A stretch of DNA of 64,000 nt from contig JABLYX010000019.1 of assembly GCA_018265615.1 (NCBI GenBank), positions 13,165-77,164 of the forward strand. The letters run 5' to 3'. The position numbers were made by a program, and so were the translations under genes. Shown here piece after piece: positions 1 through 10,174 of the stretch. Within the stretch, counting starts at the first letter, position 1. Each line of letters begins with the position of its first letter. The notes beneath the pieces were generated by a model, which saw only the letters and a list, made by a program, of their open reading frames with translations, made no database searches and had not been told where the DNA came from. Source of the DNA: Lentisphaeria bacterium. GTDB taxonomy: Bacteria; Verrucomicrobiota; Lentisphaeria; Victivallales; Victivallaceae.

Positions 1-2382
1 CGCTCCGCGGAGCAGTTCACCGGATTGGCGGCCGCGGATGTCCTCGGAAAAACCGATTACGAGCTGAGCTGCTACCGGGAACAGGCGGACGAGTTCCTGC
101 GGAACGACCGGGTCGTCTGCGAGACCGGCGGAATGCGGCTCGATGAAGAATTCACATTCCTGGACGGCACCCGGCACAACATGCACACTTTGCTGACCCG
201 GGTCGACAACGCGGCCAGCGCCCCGCTCGTACTGGTATTGGGCCTCGACGTCACGGAGGAAAAACAGCGCGAGGCGGAGCGTCAGAAGCTGCTGGAAGAC
301 CTCAGCACTCATGCGGAGCAGGACCGCCGGCTGAACTCCTGCCTCGAAACGATCATGCTGCACGAGGATGAAGACACCGCCATCCGCACCGTCCTGCAGA
401 CCGTCTGCACCCACCTGAACTTCAGCCGGGCCTATGTCATGAGGTACGACCACGGGAATCACCTGCAGATCCCGCTGCACGAGTGGTATCAGGCGGGAAA
501 AGATTCGGTTTTCGCAAACCAGGCGCCGAAGCCGCTTTCAGAATCCGACATCTGGTATGACCGGATCCGGCAGAACGGCATCTGGGGCGGCCATCGCTCC
601 GAACGGTTCTTCGAAGAGCTGGGGAGTTGGGAACCCATTGTCCGCGAAACCCGGATCCAGTCGCTGCACTGCGCGGTCATCCGCCTCTCCGGCGAATTCT
701 GGGGCCACATCGGCATCGCCAACGAGGAGAACGCCGAACGGGTATTTTCCGAGCCGGACGAGCAGTTTCTGCGCGCAGCCGCCCATATCGTGGAAATCAT
801 CCTCTCGCGCCAGGCGAGCCGGGCCCGTCTGGAGCGCAGCGAATATGAGAAGCTCCTCATCATGGATTCGATCCGCATTCCGATCATGCTCTTCGACGCG
901 GACCAGAATCTGGTGCGCGTCAACAACGCCGCGCAGGAGCTCTCCTCCGCATCCGAGGAAGAGACGCCCGGCAACCGGTGCAACCGGAAGTTCTGCGGCT
1001 GCCATGAACGCCCCTACGACTGTCCGGTCGGGCAGACGCGGCAGGATCTTCAGGAGCACACCAGCGAACGGCGCATCAAAGGGCACGACTTCCTGCTGAC
1101 CAGTTACCCGATCATGATTGACGGCAAGCTCGCCTATGTGCTGAAAACCATGGTCGACATGACCGATTTCAACGAATCCCAGCGGCAGCTGGCCCGCGCA
1201 CTCACAGAAGCGCAGAATGCGAACAAGGCGAAGAGCCTCTTCCTCGCAACCATGAGCCATGAGCTCAGGACTCCGCTGAATGCGGTCATCGGCTTCAGCG
1301 AGCTGCTGCGCGACAACCCGGTGCCGCCGGAGGAGCTGAATGAATACCTGCAGTCGATCAACCTTGCCGGGAATACGCTGCTAAAGCTGATCAACGACAT
1401 CCTCGACCTCACGAAAATCGACGCCGAGCAGATGAAGCTCACGCCGGAGCCGACCGACATGATGATCCTGACGCGCGAGCTTGAAACGATATTCCGGCCG
1501 CGCATCGGCAGCAGGCGGCTCGAATACCGGGTCGTCCGTAAAAACGATCTGCCCATCCTGATGATGGACGGGCTGCGCCTCCGCCAGATCCTGCTGAACC
1601 TGGTCGGAAACGCCCTGAAATTCACGGAAGAGGGAGTGGTCGAAGTCACCGTGTCGTTCGAGGAACGGCAGGAGAACCGGGGAGACCTCACAATACGTGT
1701 CGCCGACACAGGTTCCGGAATCTCGCAGGAAACGCAGAAGGATATCTTCGAACCGTTCGTGCAGGAGGACAAGACCAGAAACAATCGGATCCTCAAAGGG
1801 ACCGGGCTCGGGCTCGCGATTTCCCGTCGTCTCGCCAGAAACATGGGCGGCGACATCACGCTCGAGAGCACCCCCGGCAAAGGCAGCGTGTTCACGCTCC
1901 GGCTCGACAACATCGGAATCGTCTCCCCGCAATCCGGCGAGGCCGTGCAGGAGCACTCCGCGCCGCAGCAGGAGATGAAGCTCAGCGTATTCCTGGCCGA
2001 CGACGTCCCGATGAACCTGAAGGTGCTCTCCTCCATGCTGAGGAAGCTCGGCGCCGACGTCAAGACGGCCGTCTCCGGCGAAGAGATGCTCCAGCTTCTG
2101 CAAAGCGGCGTTCCGGACATCCTGATGACCGACATGTGGATGCCGGAGATGAACGGAACGGAGCTGGCCGGAACCATCCGCGCGAACCCGGCCTTCCGCA
2201 ACCTCTGGATCGTCGCGGTCACGGCGGACACCGAGAGCGAGACGAATTTCGACCTGTCGGCATTCGACGGCATCCTGCTGAAGCCGATCACGATGGATAA
2301 GCTCAGGAAGGTGCTGTCGCACATCCGGAACAGCAAGGCCGCGGGGGAACGCCCCGGCCGGGGCCCGCAGAACTTCGAGTGA
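1..2382 (+). CDS. Hybrid sensor histidine kinase/response regulator (PAS/GAF - HisKA - HATPase_c - REC); 5' end runs off the window
   Basis: The frame is open from nt 1. HisKA H-box ([19 protein letters not shown]); HATPase N/G-box motifs ([37 protein letters not shown]); C-terminal receiver with phosphoacceptor region (FLADDVPMN...[12 protein letters not shown]). Confidence 0.85.
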   Translation, partial: RSAEQFTGLAAADVLGKTDYELSCYREQADEFLRNDRVVCETGGMRLDEEFTFLDGTRHNMHTLLTRVDNAASAPLVLVLGLDVTEEKQREAERQKLLEDLSTHAEQDRRLNSCLETIMLHEDEDTAIRTVLQTVCTHLNFSRAYVMRYDHGNHLQIPLHEWYQAGKDSVFANQAPKPLSESDIWYDRIRQNGIWGGHRSERFFEELGSWEPIVRETRIQSLHCAVIRLSGEFWGHIGIANEENAERVFSEPDEQFLRAAAHIVEIILSRQASRARLERSEYEKLLIMDSIRIPIMLFDADQNLVRVNNAAQELSSASEEETPGNRCNRKFCGCHERPYDCPVGQTRQDLQEHTSERRIKGHDFLLTSYPIMIDGKLAYVLKTMVDMTDFNESQRQLARALTEAQNANKAKSLFLATMSHELRTPLNAVIGFSELLRDNPVPPEELNEYLQSINLAGNTLLKLINDILDLTKIDAEQMKLTPEPTDMMILTRELETIFRPRIGSRRLEYRVVRKNDLPILMMDGLRLRQILLNLVGNALKFTEEGVVEVTVSFEERQENRGDLTIRVADTGSGISQETQKDIFEPFVQEDKTRNNRILKGTGLGLAISRRLARNMGGDITLESTPGKGSVFTLRLDNIGIVSPQSGEAVQEHSAPQQEMKLSVFLADDVPMNLKVLSSMLRKLGADVKTAVSGEEMLQLLQSGVPDILMTDMWMPEMNGTELAGTIRANPAFRNLWIVAVTADTESETNFDLSAFDGILLKPITMDKLRKVLSHIRNSKAAGERPGRGPQNFE

Positions 2383-2415
2383 CCTCCGTGCCGATCCGCC
2401 GAAAGCGCATCAGCG

Positions 2416-3660
2416 TCAGGCGGAGAAACGCCTGTCGCGGAAAGCGAAGGCGGAGAGCGCGACAACCAGTCCGCCCGCCAATACCAGCAGCGCCTGCACA
2501 GGGAAGAAATCAGCCAGCGGCCCGAACAGCACCATACCGAGCGGCAGCGCACAGGAGTTCGAGACCTGGACGAGGCTGAACACCCTGCCATGCATCTCCG
2601 GCTCGACCTTTTCCTGCAGCAGCGCGGTCAGCGGGGCGTTGAAGCACGGCATCGTGACGCCGATCATGAAGTTGGCCGCCAGATAAAGCCAGAACAGCGG
2701 CGCCGCCCCGATGCCGATCATGAAGAGCCCGTACAGCGACCCGGCGAAGACCGTCGTGCGGACCTTGCTGCTGAAACCGCCCCAGGCGGCGATCAGGAGC
2801 CCGCCGGCGGCCGCGCCGGCGCTGAACGTCATCTCGCTGGCCGAGAGCCGCCACACCTCATCCCCGAACGAGCGCCCGACCAGCAGCGGCGTCAGGAACG
2901 CGGCGGGGCTGATCGAAACCATGAGCGCAAAAAGGAACACCAGCAGCCGGCGGATCAGGGCGTGATTGCGCAGATAGCGGAACCCCTCCCGGATATCCTC
3001 CCAATTCGATGTTTTCCGTTTTTCGCCCGTTCCCGGAAGCGCCGGAACCGCCAGAAAGAGCAGGATCCCGATCCCGGCGGCGGCGGTGACGATGTCGATG
3101 AAAAACGTCGCCTCCAGCGCGGCGACCGAGAGGATCGCGGCGCTCGCCGCGGGGGAGAGGAACATCATCAGCGACGAAATGGTGCTGTAGATGCCGTTCA
3201 CGCGCATGAGCTTCTCCGGCGGAACCAACTGCGGAATCAGCGCATTGACCGCCGGAGTCTGGATCCCGGTCCCGGCCGAGCGGACTGCAAGAACCGCGAA
3301 AAGCAGCCAGAGCTCCCGGTATCCGGCCAGGAACAGCAGCGCGACGGTCAGCGTGGAGAGCGCGATCGCGCCGTCCGCCAGAATGATCATCCGTTTGCGG
3401 CTGTGGCGGTCGATCCAAACACCCGCGAAAAGGGAGATCGCGATCTGCGGAAAGAATCCGCAGACCGTGGAAATCGTCATCATGCTCCCGGAAAGCGTGG
3501 AAAGCGTGATGTGCCAGATGATCGCATACTGAACCAGGGACGATCCGAACAGGGAGACGGTCTGGGCGGCGAGGAAGAGCGAAATCCTGCCCTTCCAACC
3601 GCCGGAAGAACCGGGAACGGCATTCATGAAGACCTCCGCTGCGGATTTATTTCCCGGCAA
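2416..3660 (-). CDS. MFS transporter (12-TM, EntS/macrolide-efflux-like)
   Basis: 414 aa, hydrophobic throughout, two 6-TM halves, typical MFS loop motifs. Start may be the internal Met (MNAVPG...). Confidence 0.75.
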   Translation of the reverse strand: MPGNKSAAEVFMNAVPGSSGGWKGRISLFLAAQTVSLFGSSLVQYAIIWHITLSTLSGSMMTISTVCGFFPQIAISLFAGVWIDRHSRKRMIILADGAIALSTLTVALLFLAGYRELWLLFAVLAVRSAGTGIQTPAVNALIPQLVPPEKLMRVNGIYSTISSLMMFLSPAASAAILSVAALEATFFIDIVTAAAGIGILLFLAVPALPGTGEKRKTSNWEDIREGFRYLRNHALIRRLLVFLFALMVSISPAAFLTPLLVGRSFGDEVWRLSASEMTFSAGAAAGGLLIAAWGGFSSKVRTTVFAGSLYGLFMIGIGAAPLFWLYLAANFMIGVTMPCFNAPLTALLQEKVEPEMHGRVFSLVQVSNSCALPLGMVLFGPLADFFPVQALLVLAGGLVVALSAFAFRDRRFSA

Positions 3661-4231
3661 ATTTCACAACCATATAGACCTCCGCGGGCGTATCGGCGGG
3701 ATTCGCGATCCCGTGCGGGACGTCGCTCTCGAAAAAGATGAAATCGCCCGCCCGCAGCTCCGCGCAGTTCTCCCCCGCCTCCACCCGGATCCCGCCCGAA
3801 AGAACGGTCAGGAACTCCTCCGTTCCCGGCGTGTGCGCCTGCGAACGATGCACGCACCCCGGCGCAAGCGCAAGGCGGTAAAGCTCGAGGTTCCCGGCCA
3901 TTGTGACCGGCGAAAGTACCTGAAACACCGCGCCCGACTCCTGCGTCGTGATCGACGTGATGCTCTCCCGCCGGTTCACCTCGAACCGCTTGGAACGCGC
4001 CCCCTCCCCCTTCAGCAGCGTCTCGAAGCTGATGTTCAGCGCATGTGCGATCTTCCACATCGTCGCGATCGTCGGGTTCACCTTGTCGGACTCGATCTGG
4101 GAAAGCATCGCCTTAGAAACCCCGCTCGCGGCGGCCAGCGCGTCAAGCGACAGCTGCTGCCGCCGCCGTTCCCTGTGCAGGTTTGCCCCGACCGCCGGAA
4201 TATCCGGCAGCTTTTTCTGCTTGTTCATCAT
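3647..4231 (-). CDS. XRE-family HTH transcriptional regulator with C-terminal cupin domain
   Basis: N-terminal HTH_3 (LSLDALAAASGVSKAMLSQIESDKVNPT), C-terminal cupin_2 (GTEEFLTVLSGGIRVEAGE...DVPHG). Confidence 0.8.
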   Translation of the reverse strand: MMNKQKKLPDIPAVGANLHRERRRQQLSLDALAAASGVSKAMLSQIESDKVNPTIATMWKIAHALNISFETLLKGEGARSKRFEVNRRESITSITTQESGAVFQVLSPVTMAGNLELYRLALAPGCVHRSQAHTPGTEEFLTVLSGGIRVEAGENCAELRAGDFIFFESDVPHGIANPADTPAEVYMVVKFAGK

Positions 4232-4265
4232 ATCGAATTTTTGTAAAATATATCAAATATCCGGA

Positions 4266-4292
4266 TTGCATCTTTTTAAAACCGGTGTATAA
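4266..4292 (+). promoter_or_regulatory. Candidate sigma70 promoter (TTGCAT - 16 nt - TATAAT) upstream of the marC-family gene, flanked by three direct ATATCAAA repeats
   Basis: AT-rich divergent intergenic region 4232-4346. The TTGCAT/TATAAT hexamers with a 16-nt spacer, and the ATATCAAA copies, were read by eye. Confidence 0.35.
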
Positions 4293-4346
4293 TATATCAA
4301 ACAAAATCCAGGATATCAAACCCCAAACCGAATTTTTCCGGAGAAA

Positions 4347-4958
4347 GTGACGACTATGACCCTCACGCTGATGACCTCGATTCAGATTCTCGTGCTGCTG
4401 AACCCGTTTGCGGTGCTTTCGACCTTCCTTGCGATGACGCCGGAGTGTACGGAGCATGACCGGCGGCAGATCGTGCTCCGCGCGATGGCGGCGGTCGTCG
4501 TCTCCGGGATTCTGCTCTTCTTCGGCGGAAGCGTGATCTTCTCGCTCTTCGGCATCAACATCGACGTGTTCCGCATCGGCGGCGGCGTGATCCTGATGGT
4601 ATGCTCGATCCTGCTGGTATGGGGGAAACCGGAGCCGAAGCGGGAGAACGGGAACGACCCCGGACACGACATCGCCGTGGTTCCGATCGCGATTCCGATG
4701 GCGGTCGGCCCCGGAACCGCGGCCGGACTGATCGTGATCGGCATCGAGAGCCGCGGCGTCTGGGCGACGCTCTCGAACCTCTTCGCACTCTGCCTCGCCG
4801 CCGGACTCCTGACCATGCTGCTCCTGTTCGGAAGCAGGGCCGAACGGCTGCTGCGCAAACAGGGCATTGCGATCATCACGAAGCTGACCGGGCTCTTCCT
4901 CTCCGCCATCGCCGCGAGCATGATCCTCGAAGGGATCCGCAACTTCTTCTCCCTCTGA
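4347..4958 (+). CDS. MarC-family (UPF0056) integral membrane protein
   Basis: 203 aa, ~6 TM helices, characteristic MarC N-terminus (ILVLLNPFAVLSTFLAMT). Confidence 0.8.
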   Translation: MTTMTLTLMTSIQILVLLNPFAVLSTFLAMTPECTEHDRRQIVLRAMAAVVVSGILLFFGGSVIFSLFGINIDVFRIGGGVILMVCSILLVWGKPEPKRENGNDPGHDIAVVPIAIPMAVGPGTAAGLIVIGIESRGVWATLSNLFALCLAAGLLTMLLLFGSRAERLLRKQGIAIITKLTGLFLSAIAASMILEGIRNFFSL

Positions 4959-4975
4959 GCCGTCCCGCCCCGCGC

Positions 4976-5010
4976 ATAAAAAATGACAGCGGAGCAGAGC
5001 TGCCGCCGTC
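4976..5010 (-). terminator. Possible rho-independent terminator for the pilT-like gene (imperfect 8-bp stem + U-run on the minus strand)
   Basis: Minus-strand RNA reads gacggcgg-cagctctgct-ccgctgtc followed by AUUUUUUA. Confidence 0.35.
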
Positions 5011-5037
5011 ATCGGTTGCCCGGTATCTTTCCGGATA

Positions 5038-7248
5038 TCAGTAGGCGTCGTCGGCCTTGTAGTCGAGCATGTAAGTCTGCATCTCCTCAAGGCTGATCTT
5101 GCCTTCGCTGTAGAGCGTTTCGAGGGACTTCTGCATCGTGATCATGCCGTCCTTCGCGCCGGTTTCAAGCAGCGACTGCAGCATTGCGGTCTTGCCTTCA
5201 CGGACCAGCGCCTGAACCGGCGGGGTCCCGACGAGAATTTCGAACGCGGCCACGCGCCCCTTGCCGTCCACGGTCGGCAGCAGCCGCTGCGAAATGATCC
5301 CGAGGATCACGCTCGCGAGCTGCAGCTTGATCTGGTTCTGCTGGTGCGACGGGAACGAGTCGATGATACGGTCGATGGTCTGCGGCGCGCTGTTCGTGTG
5401 CAGCGTGCCGAACACGAGGTGGCCCGTTTCCGCCGCGGTCAGCGCCGCCGCGATGGTTTCGGTATCGCGCATTTCGCCGACGAGGATCACGTCGGGGTCC
5501 TCGCGCAGCGCGTACTTCAGCGCCGCCGAGAACGAGTGCGTGTCGGAGTGGACCTCGCGCTGTTCGATCAGCGACATGATGTTGCGGTGCACGTATTCGA
5601 TCGGGTCCTCGATCGTGATGATGTGCTCCGCCTTGTTGCGGTTGATGAAGTCGATCATACTCGCAAGGGAGGTCGACTTACCGCTGCCGGTCGGACCGGT
5701 GATCAGGATCAGCCCCTGCTGCTTCGACGTGAGCTGCAGGATCTGCGGCGGCAGATTCAGGTCCTCCGGCTTCGGAATCTTGCTGACGATCACGCGGCAG
5801 ACGATGCCGACGGTTCCGCGCTGGTGGAAGCCGTTCACACGGAAACGCCAGTTTTCGCTTTCGCCGGTCTCCTGGTTCATCACCAGCGAGATCGAAAGCG
5901 CAAGGTCGACTTCACGGTTCTCTTCGAATTCAACGCGCTGCACGGGGTTCAGGATGCTGTTCAGCAGCCGGGCGGTATCCGCCCCGGCCAGAACCGGCAG
6001 CTCCAGCGGGCGCAGCTCGCCGTGGATGCGCAGCACCGGACTCGAACCCGCCGAAAGCAGAAGGTCCGATGCACCGGTTTTCACGGCCGTTTTCAGCAGC
6101 CGGCTCATGTCGATGAACTGGATATCCGGATCTTCCGCATCCTCGGCGCTGCCGTACTGGCTCGCAAAGGAGTCGACGCCCGACTCCATGCCCTTGAGCA
6201 TGAGCTGCAGCTCGTCGCGGTTCGAAACCGCCTCGTTCGCCTCTTCCAGTGAAATGAATCCCTCTTTATAAAGGCGGAAGATCGCGCGCGTGAAGGTCAT
6301 CATGCCGCTCGTGCCGCCGCGCTTGATCGCCTCGGAGAGCGAACGCATGTCGCGGTCCCCCACCAGCTTCTTGACCGTCGGCGTGCCGACCATGACCTCG
6401 AGCGCCGGAACCATCCCCTGCCCGTCGGCGCGCGGAATCAGCCGCTGCGCGACGATGCCGACCAGCGAGTTGCCCAGGTCGCTCGCGATCTGGAGCCGCT
6501 GCTCCTCCGGATAGAGGTCGACGATACGCTCGACCGCCTGCACGGTGTCGCCGGTATGCACGGTCGTGATGACGAGATGCCCGGTCATGGCGGCGGCGAT
6601 CGCCACCTGCACGGTATCCATATCGCGCATTTCGCCGATGACGATCACATCGGGGCTCTCGCGCAGGGCCGCGCGCAGGGCGTCGGAGAAGCTTGTGGTG
6701 CTGGAATTGAGCTCACGCTGCGTCACCAGGCAGTTGATGTCGCGGTGCAGGAACTCGATCGGGTCCTCGATCGTGATGATGTGCTTGTTGAAATTGTGGT
6801 TGATGTAGTTGACCATCGCCGCCAGCGTGGTCGATTTGCCGCTGCCGGTGGAGCCGACCACGACGATGATGCCGTTCTTCTGCGCGCACATCTCGGTCAA
6901 TGTCGCGGCGGGGAGCCCGAGCTCCTCGAAAAAGAGCGCTTCACCGGGATAGACCGGACGCGCGACGAAGGCGGGCCCGGCCAGCGTATCGAGAAAGTTC
7001 AACCGGAAGCGTTCCCCGGTCGGCAGCGTGAACGCCGCGTCATAGCTGCCGCGGCTGCGGTAATCCTGCTCGGCCTTCGAAGAGATGCACTGCTTGCGGA
7101 ACGCATCGATTTCCTGCGCGGTCAGGAGCTCCTCGCCCTCCGGCAGCACCAGTCCGGAGCGCCGGAACGCGGGCGGTTTCCCCGCGGAAGCGAAAAGGTC
7201 CGATGCCGCCGATTCCATGGCGTATTGCAGAAGTGCGCTGATGTCCAT
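5038..7248 (-). CDS. Tandem-fused double PilT-type twitching-motility / type IV pilus retraction ATPase (two complete PilT modules in one 736-aa polypeptide)
   Basis: Two full sets of PilT motifs. Walker A: GSTGSGKST and GPTGSGKST. Walker B / Asp box: HIITIEDPIEF and HIITIEDPIEY. His box: GHLVITTVHT and GHLVFGTLHT. PilT C-terminal AIRNLIRE-like segments occur in both halves. Confidence 0.85.
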   Translation of the reverse strand: MDISALLQYAMESAASDLFASAGKPPAFRRSGLVLPEGEELLTAQEIDAFRKQCISSKAEQDYRSRGSYDAAFTLPTGERFRLNFLDTLAGPAFVARPVYPGEALFFEELGLPAATLTEMCAQKNGIIVVVGSTGSGKSTTLAAMVNYINHNFNKHIITIEDPIEFLHRDINCLVTQRELNSSTTSFSDALRAALRESPDVIVIGEMRDMDTVQVAIAAAMTGHLVITTVHTGDTVQAVERIVDLYPEEQRLQIASDLGNSLVGIVAQRLIPRADGQGMVPALEVMVGTPTVKKLVGDRDMRSLSEAIKRGGTSGMMTFTRAIFRLYKEGFISLEEANEAVSNRDELQLMLKGMESGVDSFASQYGSAEDAEDPDIQFIDMSRLLKTAVKTGASDLLLSAGSSPVLRIHGELRPLELPVLAGADTARLLNSILNPVQRVEFEENREVDLALSISLVMNQETGESENWRFRVNGFHQRGTVGIVCRVIVSKIPKPEDLNLPPQILQLTSKQQGLILITGPTGSGKSTSLASMIDFINRNKAEHIITIEDPIEYVHRNIMSLIEQREVHSDTHSFSAALKYALREDPDVILVGEMRDTETIAAALTAAETGHLVFGTLHTNSAPQTIDRIIDSFPSHQQNQIKLQLASVILGIISQRLLPTVDGKGRVAAFEILVGTPPVQALVREGKTAMLQSLLETGAKDGMITMQKSLETLYSEGKISLEEMQTYMLDYKADDAY

Positions 7249-7379
7249 AACTCACGTTTCCTCATTGTTGTATGTAAATATCATTGAAGTAAGTCCATGC
7301 CTCTGCTTGAAAAGCACAAGTATATCTGTTACTTTAAGTGTAATATCGCACGAAAGCAACCCCGGAAGCTCACAAAATC

Positions 7380-7823
7380 ATGAAAAAGTTGCAGATAAAG
7401 ATCAAAATGGCCGAAAACTGCGCCGATCTCACTCCGGCAAAAGCGCATCCCGACGATGCGGCGTTCGATCTCCGCTCCCGCGTGGAAGCGGAGCTGCCTC
7501 CGGGAAAGAGCGTACTGGTCCCGACCGGGCTGTTCATCGAGCTGCCGCCCGGCTATGAGGCGCAGGTGCGCCCCCGCAGCGGGCTCGCGCTCAAACACAA
7601 TCTCATGCTGACGAACTCCCCCGGCACGATCGACGCGGGTTATCGCGGCGAAGTCGGGGTCATCATGTTCAACGCGGGCAAAGAGCCGTTCCCTGTGCGG
7701 CGCGGCGACCGCATCGCGCAGATGGTGATCGCGCAGCTGCCGGAAATCGAGCTCGCCGCCGCGGAGGATCTTTCGGAGACGGGGCGCGGCGCGGGCGGCT
7801 TCGGCAGCACCGGCCGCAGCTGA
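7380..7823 (+). CDS. dut: dUTP diphosphatase
   Basis: 147 aa; conserved dUTPase motifs ([45 protein letters not shown]). Confidence 0.9.
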   Translation: MKKLQIKIKMAENCADLTPAKAHPDDAAFDLRSRVEAELPPGKSVLVPTGLFIELPPGYEAQVRPRSGLALKHNLMLTNSPGTIDAGYRGEVGVIMFNAGKEPFPVRRGDRIAQMVIAQLPEIELAAAEDLSETGRGAGGFGSTGRS

Positions 7824-7830
7824 CCCCGAT

Positions 7831-8565
7831 ATGATCGACCTGCATTCGCACATCCTGCCGGGAATCGACGACGGCGCGGCCGACTTCGAAGCCGCCTGCC
7901 GGATGCTGGCGGCGGCGAAGCGCGACGGAGTTATGATGCTCGCCGCGACGAGCCATGCTTCCGCCCCGGCGGCGGACTACGATGCAGCGTTCGCCCGGCT
8001 TGAACCGGAGGCCGCGAAGTTCGGGATCACGCTGCTGCGCGGCCTCGAATACGATTACTGCCGGCTCGAACCGGAGCTCCCTTTCGTGACGCTCGGCGCG
8101 ACGCGGTTCATCCTGCTCGACTTCGCGCAGCCGTCGCTTCCGCCCGGAGCGGAGGCAATGCTCTTCACGCTCGCGCAGAGGGGATTCCGGCCCGTCGTCG
8201 TACATCCCGAGCGGCTGTTCGCGACGGACCCGCTCCGCACGCTCGAGCCGATCGCCGGGCTGGATCCGGTGTTCCAGCTCAACAGCGGCAGCATCCTCGG
8301 GCGATACGGAAAAAAAGTGCGAGAATCGGCCCTCCGGCTGATCGACGGCGGCTGCTGCCACTTCTTCGCGAACGATGCGCACAACGAAAACGGCTTCCGT
8401 TTGACGGAGTGCCGCGCCCTGCTGTCAAAGCGCTATCCGCCGGAAACCGTGACGCTCTGGTTCGAAGAGAATCCTGCCCGGATCCTCGCCGGAGAAGAGC
8501 CGCTGCCCGTGCGCCCTCCCCGCCCCGGAGTGCTCGGGAAACTCCGTGCCCGGCTCGGGCTCTGA
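7831..8565 (+). CDS. PHP-family Mn-dependent protein-tyrosine phosphatase (CpsB/YwqE-like)
   Basis: N-terminal MIDLHSHILPGIDDGA motif typical of CpsB/YwqE; ~244 aa. Confidence 0.75.
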   Translation: MIDLHSHILPGIDDGAADFEAACRMLAAAKRDGVMMLAATSHASAPAADYDAAFARLEPEAAKFGITLLRGLEYDYCRLEPELPFVTLGATRFILLDFAQPSLPPGAEAMLFTLAQRGFRPVVVHPERLFATDPLRTLEPIAGLDPVFQLNSGSILGRYGKKVRESALRLIDGGCCHFFANDAHNENGFRLTECRALLSKRYPPETVTLWFEENPARILAGEEPLPVRPPRPGVLGKLRARLGL

Positions 8566-8582
8566 CACGCCGGAAAAACCGA

Positions 8583-8605
8583 GGAGGAGGTGTCCCCCCT
8601 CCTCC
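8583..8605. terminator. GC-rich perfect hairpin between convergent genes (putative bidirectional terminator)
   Basis: ggaggagg-tgtcccc-cctcctcc, 8-bp perfect stem. No strong U-tract follows. Confidence 0.35.
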
Positions 8606-8620
8606 GGGTGTTCCTGAGGC

Positions 8621-9115
8621 TTACAATGCACCGGTGAGCCGGGCGCACCACCTGTCGATGCGTCCGGCGGTTTCACCGGGTTCGTTGTCGTCGTCGAGGG
8701 CGAGCCCGACAAAGACATCGCCCTCGTCGGCGGTGGAGGCGGAGTGGGTGTAACCCGCATTGCTCCATTTCCCGACGATTTCGGCGCCGGCGGCTTTCGC
8801 TTTTTCCGCGAGGTCGGCCATGCCGTTCACGAAGGTGTCCGCGAAGCCGGCGGAGTCGCCGAGCCCGAAAAGGGCGACCTTGACGCCGGAAAGATCGGCG
8901 GCTTCGAGCATCGGGAGCGCGCTCTGCCAATCGTCCTGAAGCTCGCCGTACCCCCAGGTGGAGGTGCCGAGAATCAGAAGGTCGGCCTTGAAATCGTCCG
9001 GGCCGGCGTCTGCGACGTTGATCGCTTCGCCGCCGAGCTTCGCGGCGACGGCCTCCGCCGCGCGCTTCGTGTTGCCGGTGCTTGAACCGTAAATGACTTT
9101 GACGGATTTGCCCAT
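8621..9115 (-). CDS. Flavodoxin (long-chain)
   Basis: MGKSVKVIYGSSTGNTKRAAE... FMN-binding T/S-x-T-G-x-T motif. Start set at the internal ATG preceded by AAGGAAAC. The tracked ORF has a 33-aa upstream extension that is unlikely to be real. Confidence 0.8.
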   Translation of the reverse strand: MGKSVKVIYGSSTGNTKRAAEAVAAKLGGEAINVADAGPDDFKADLLILGTSTWGYGELQDDWQSALPMLEAADLSGVKVALFGLGDSAGFADTFVNGMADLAEKAKAAGAEIVGKWSNAGYTHSASTADEGDVFVGLALDDDNEPGETAGRIDRWCARLTGAL

Positions 9116-9149
9116 GGGAACAGTTTCCTTTCGTTTCGCCGTCCGCGGC

Positions 9150-9758
9150 TTAAGCGGCGGACGCGGTGTTATGGATTTTACGCAGGGTCGCCGCAAGCGG
9201 CTTCCCGCAGTCAACCAGCTCTTTCACATAATTTTCGGCGCCGCGGTACGCCTCCATGACCGCGAGGGACTCGGCGGGATCACCGGCCACGCGCCAGAGG
9301 CCGCGGGGAACCGCGAGGCAGCCCGCCGGATTTTCGAGGAACCCGCGCACATCCTTCAGCGGGTACCCGAGAAACGCCCCGATCTCATGCGGGAACCCGC
9401 CCTCCCCGCGGCAGCGCCGGACGAGTTCATCGAGCTCGGAGCCGGAACGGTAGCCGCGCTCCCGCAGGAACTCCGCCGTCTCCGGCCGCGCCAGGTGCGC
9501 CCCCAGCACATCGCGGCGGAAGAAAAAAACCACGAGGTTGCCGCCGTTCCGCTTCAAGATCAGGCATTCGAGCTTCAGCGCATCGAGGATCTCCTGCTGA
9601 TGGACGCAGAAAAGGTCGAACTGCCTGCCGCCCGCGAGGTGCCGGCAGTTCGTCAGCCGCAGCAGCCCGGAGGGCTTCACGCCGAGGATCACCGGTGCGA
9701 GCTTCACAAGCAGATGCCGGATCAACCGGTGTGTGTTCGGGCAGTTCGTCAGTTTCAT
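9150..9758 (-). CDS. DUF3793-family hypothetical protein
   Basis: 202 aa with an LGYP motif region; no other recognisable domain. Confidence 0.5.
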   Translation of the reverse strand: MKLTNCPNTHRLIRHLLVKLAPVILGVKPSGLLRLTNCRHLAGGRQFDLFCVHQQEILDALKLECLILKRNGGNLVVFFFRRDVLGAHLARPETAEFLRERGYRSGSELDELVRRCRGEGGFPHEIGAFLGYPLKDVRGFLENPAGCLAVPRGLWRVAGDPAESLAVMEAYRGAENYVKELVDCGKPLAATLRKIHNTASAA

Positions 9759-9870
9759 GTGAGCTCCTCAACCGCAATAATTAGTTACATCTAACTTTCT
9801 GTGCAAATAAAAAATCCGTTCATCCATGCATCAATATATATGCGCGGGGAACGGATTTCAAGCCCCGGAA

Positions 9871-10170
9871 TTAGAAAAGGCTAACTTTTTCCGGTTCGAT
9901 CCTGTGCACGGTGAACGGTTCGGAGGTGTATTCGTTGACGCACCCCGCGAAACCGAGGAAATGGCTGGTCTGGTTGTGCTCTTCGAGCGCCTTGTCGCTC
10001 TCCCAGGTTTCGAGGATGATGTAGAGGTTCGGGTGCAGGACATCGGGATAGATGTCGTAGCTGATGTTGCCTTTCTCCCGGCGGGAGTTCTCGACGAGCG
10101 GCTTCACCATCGCTTCGAAGGCGACGGCTTTTTCAGGACGGACCGGAACGGTGACAATGAGTTTGAACAT
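9871..10170 (-). CDS. Antibiotic-biosynthesis-monooxygenase (ABM) domain protein
   Basis: 99 aa ferredoxin-like ABM fold pattern (MFKLIVTVPVRPEK...ILETWESDKALEEH). Confidence 0.65.
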   Translation of the reverse strand: MFKLIVTVPVRPEKAVAFEAMVKPLVENSRREKGNISYDIYPDVLHPNLYIILETWESDKALEEHNQTSHFLGFAGCVNEYTSEPFTVHRIEPEKVSLF

Positions 10171-10174
10171 GATA

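Noticed and set aside
8621-9214. 33-codon N-terminal extension of the flavodoxin ORF in the six-frame track
   Set aside because: The canonical flavodoxin N-terminus (MGKSVKVIYGSSTGNT) begins at an internal ATG with a good RBS; the upstream extension is Arg/Pro-rich and unlike flavodoxins.
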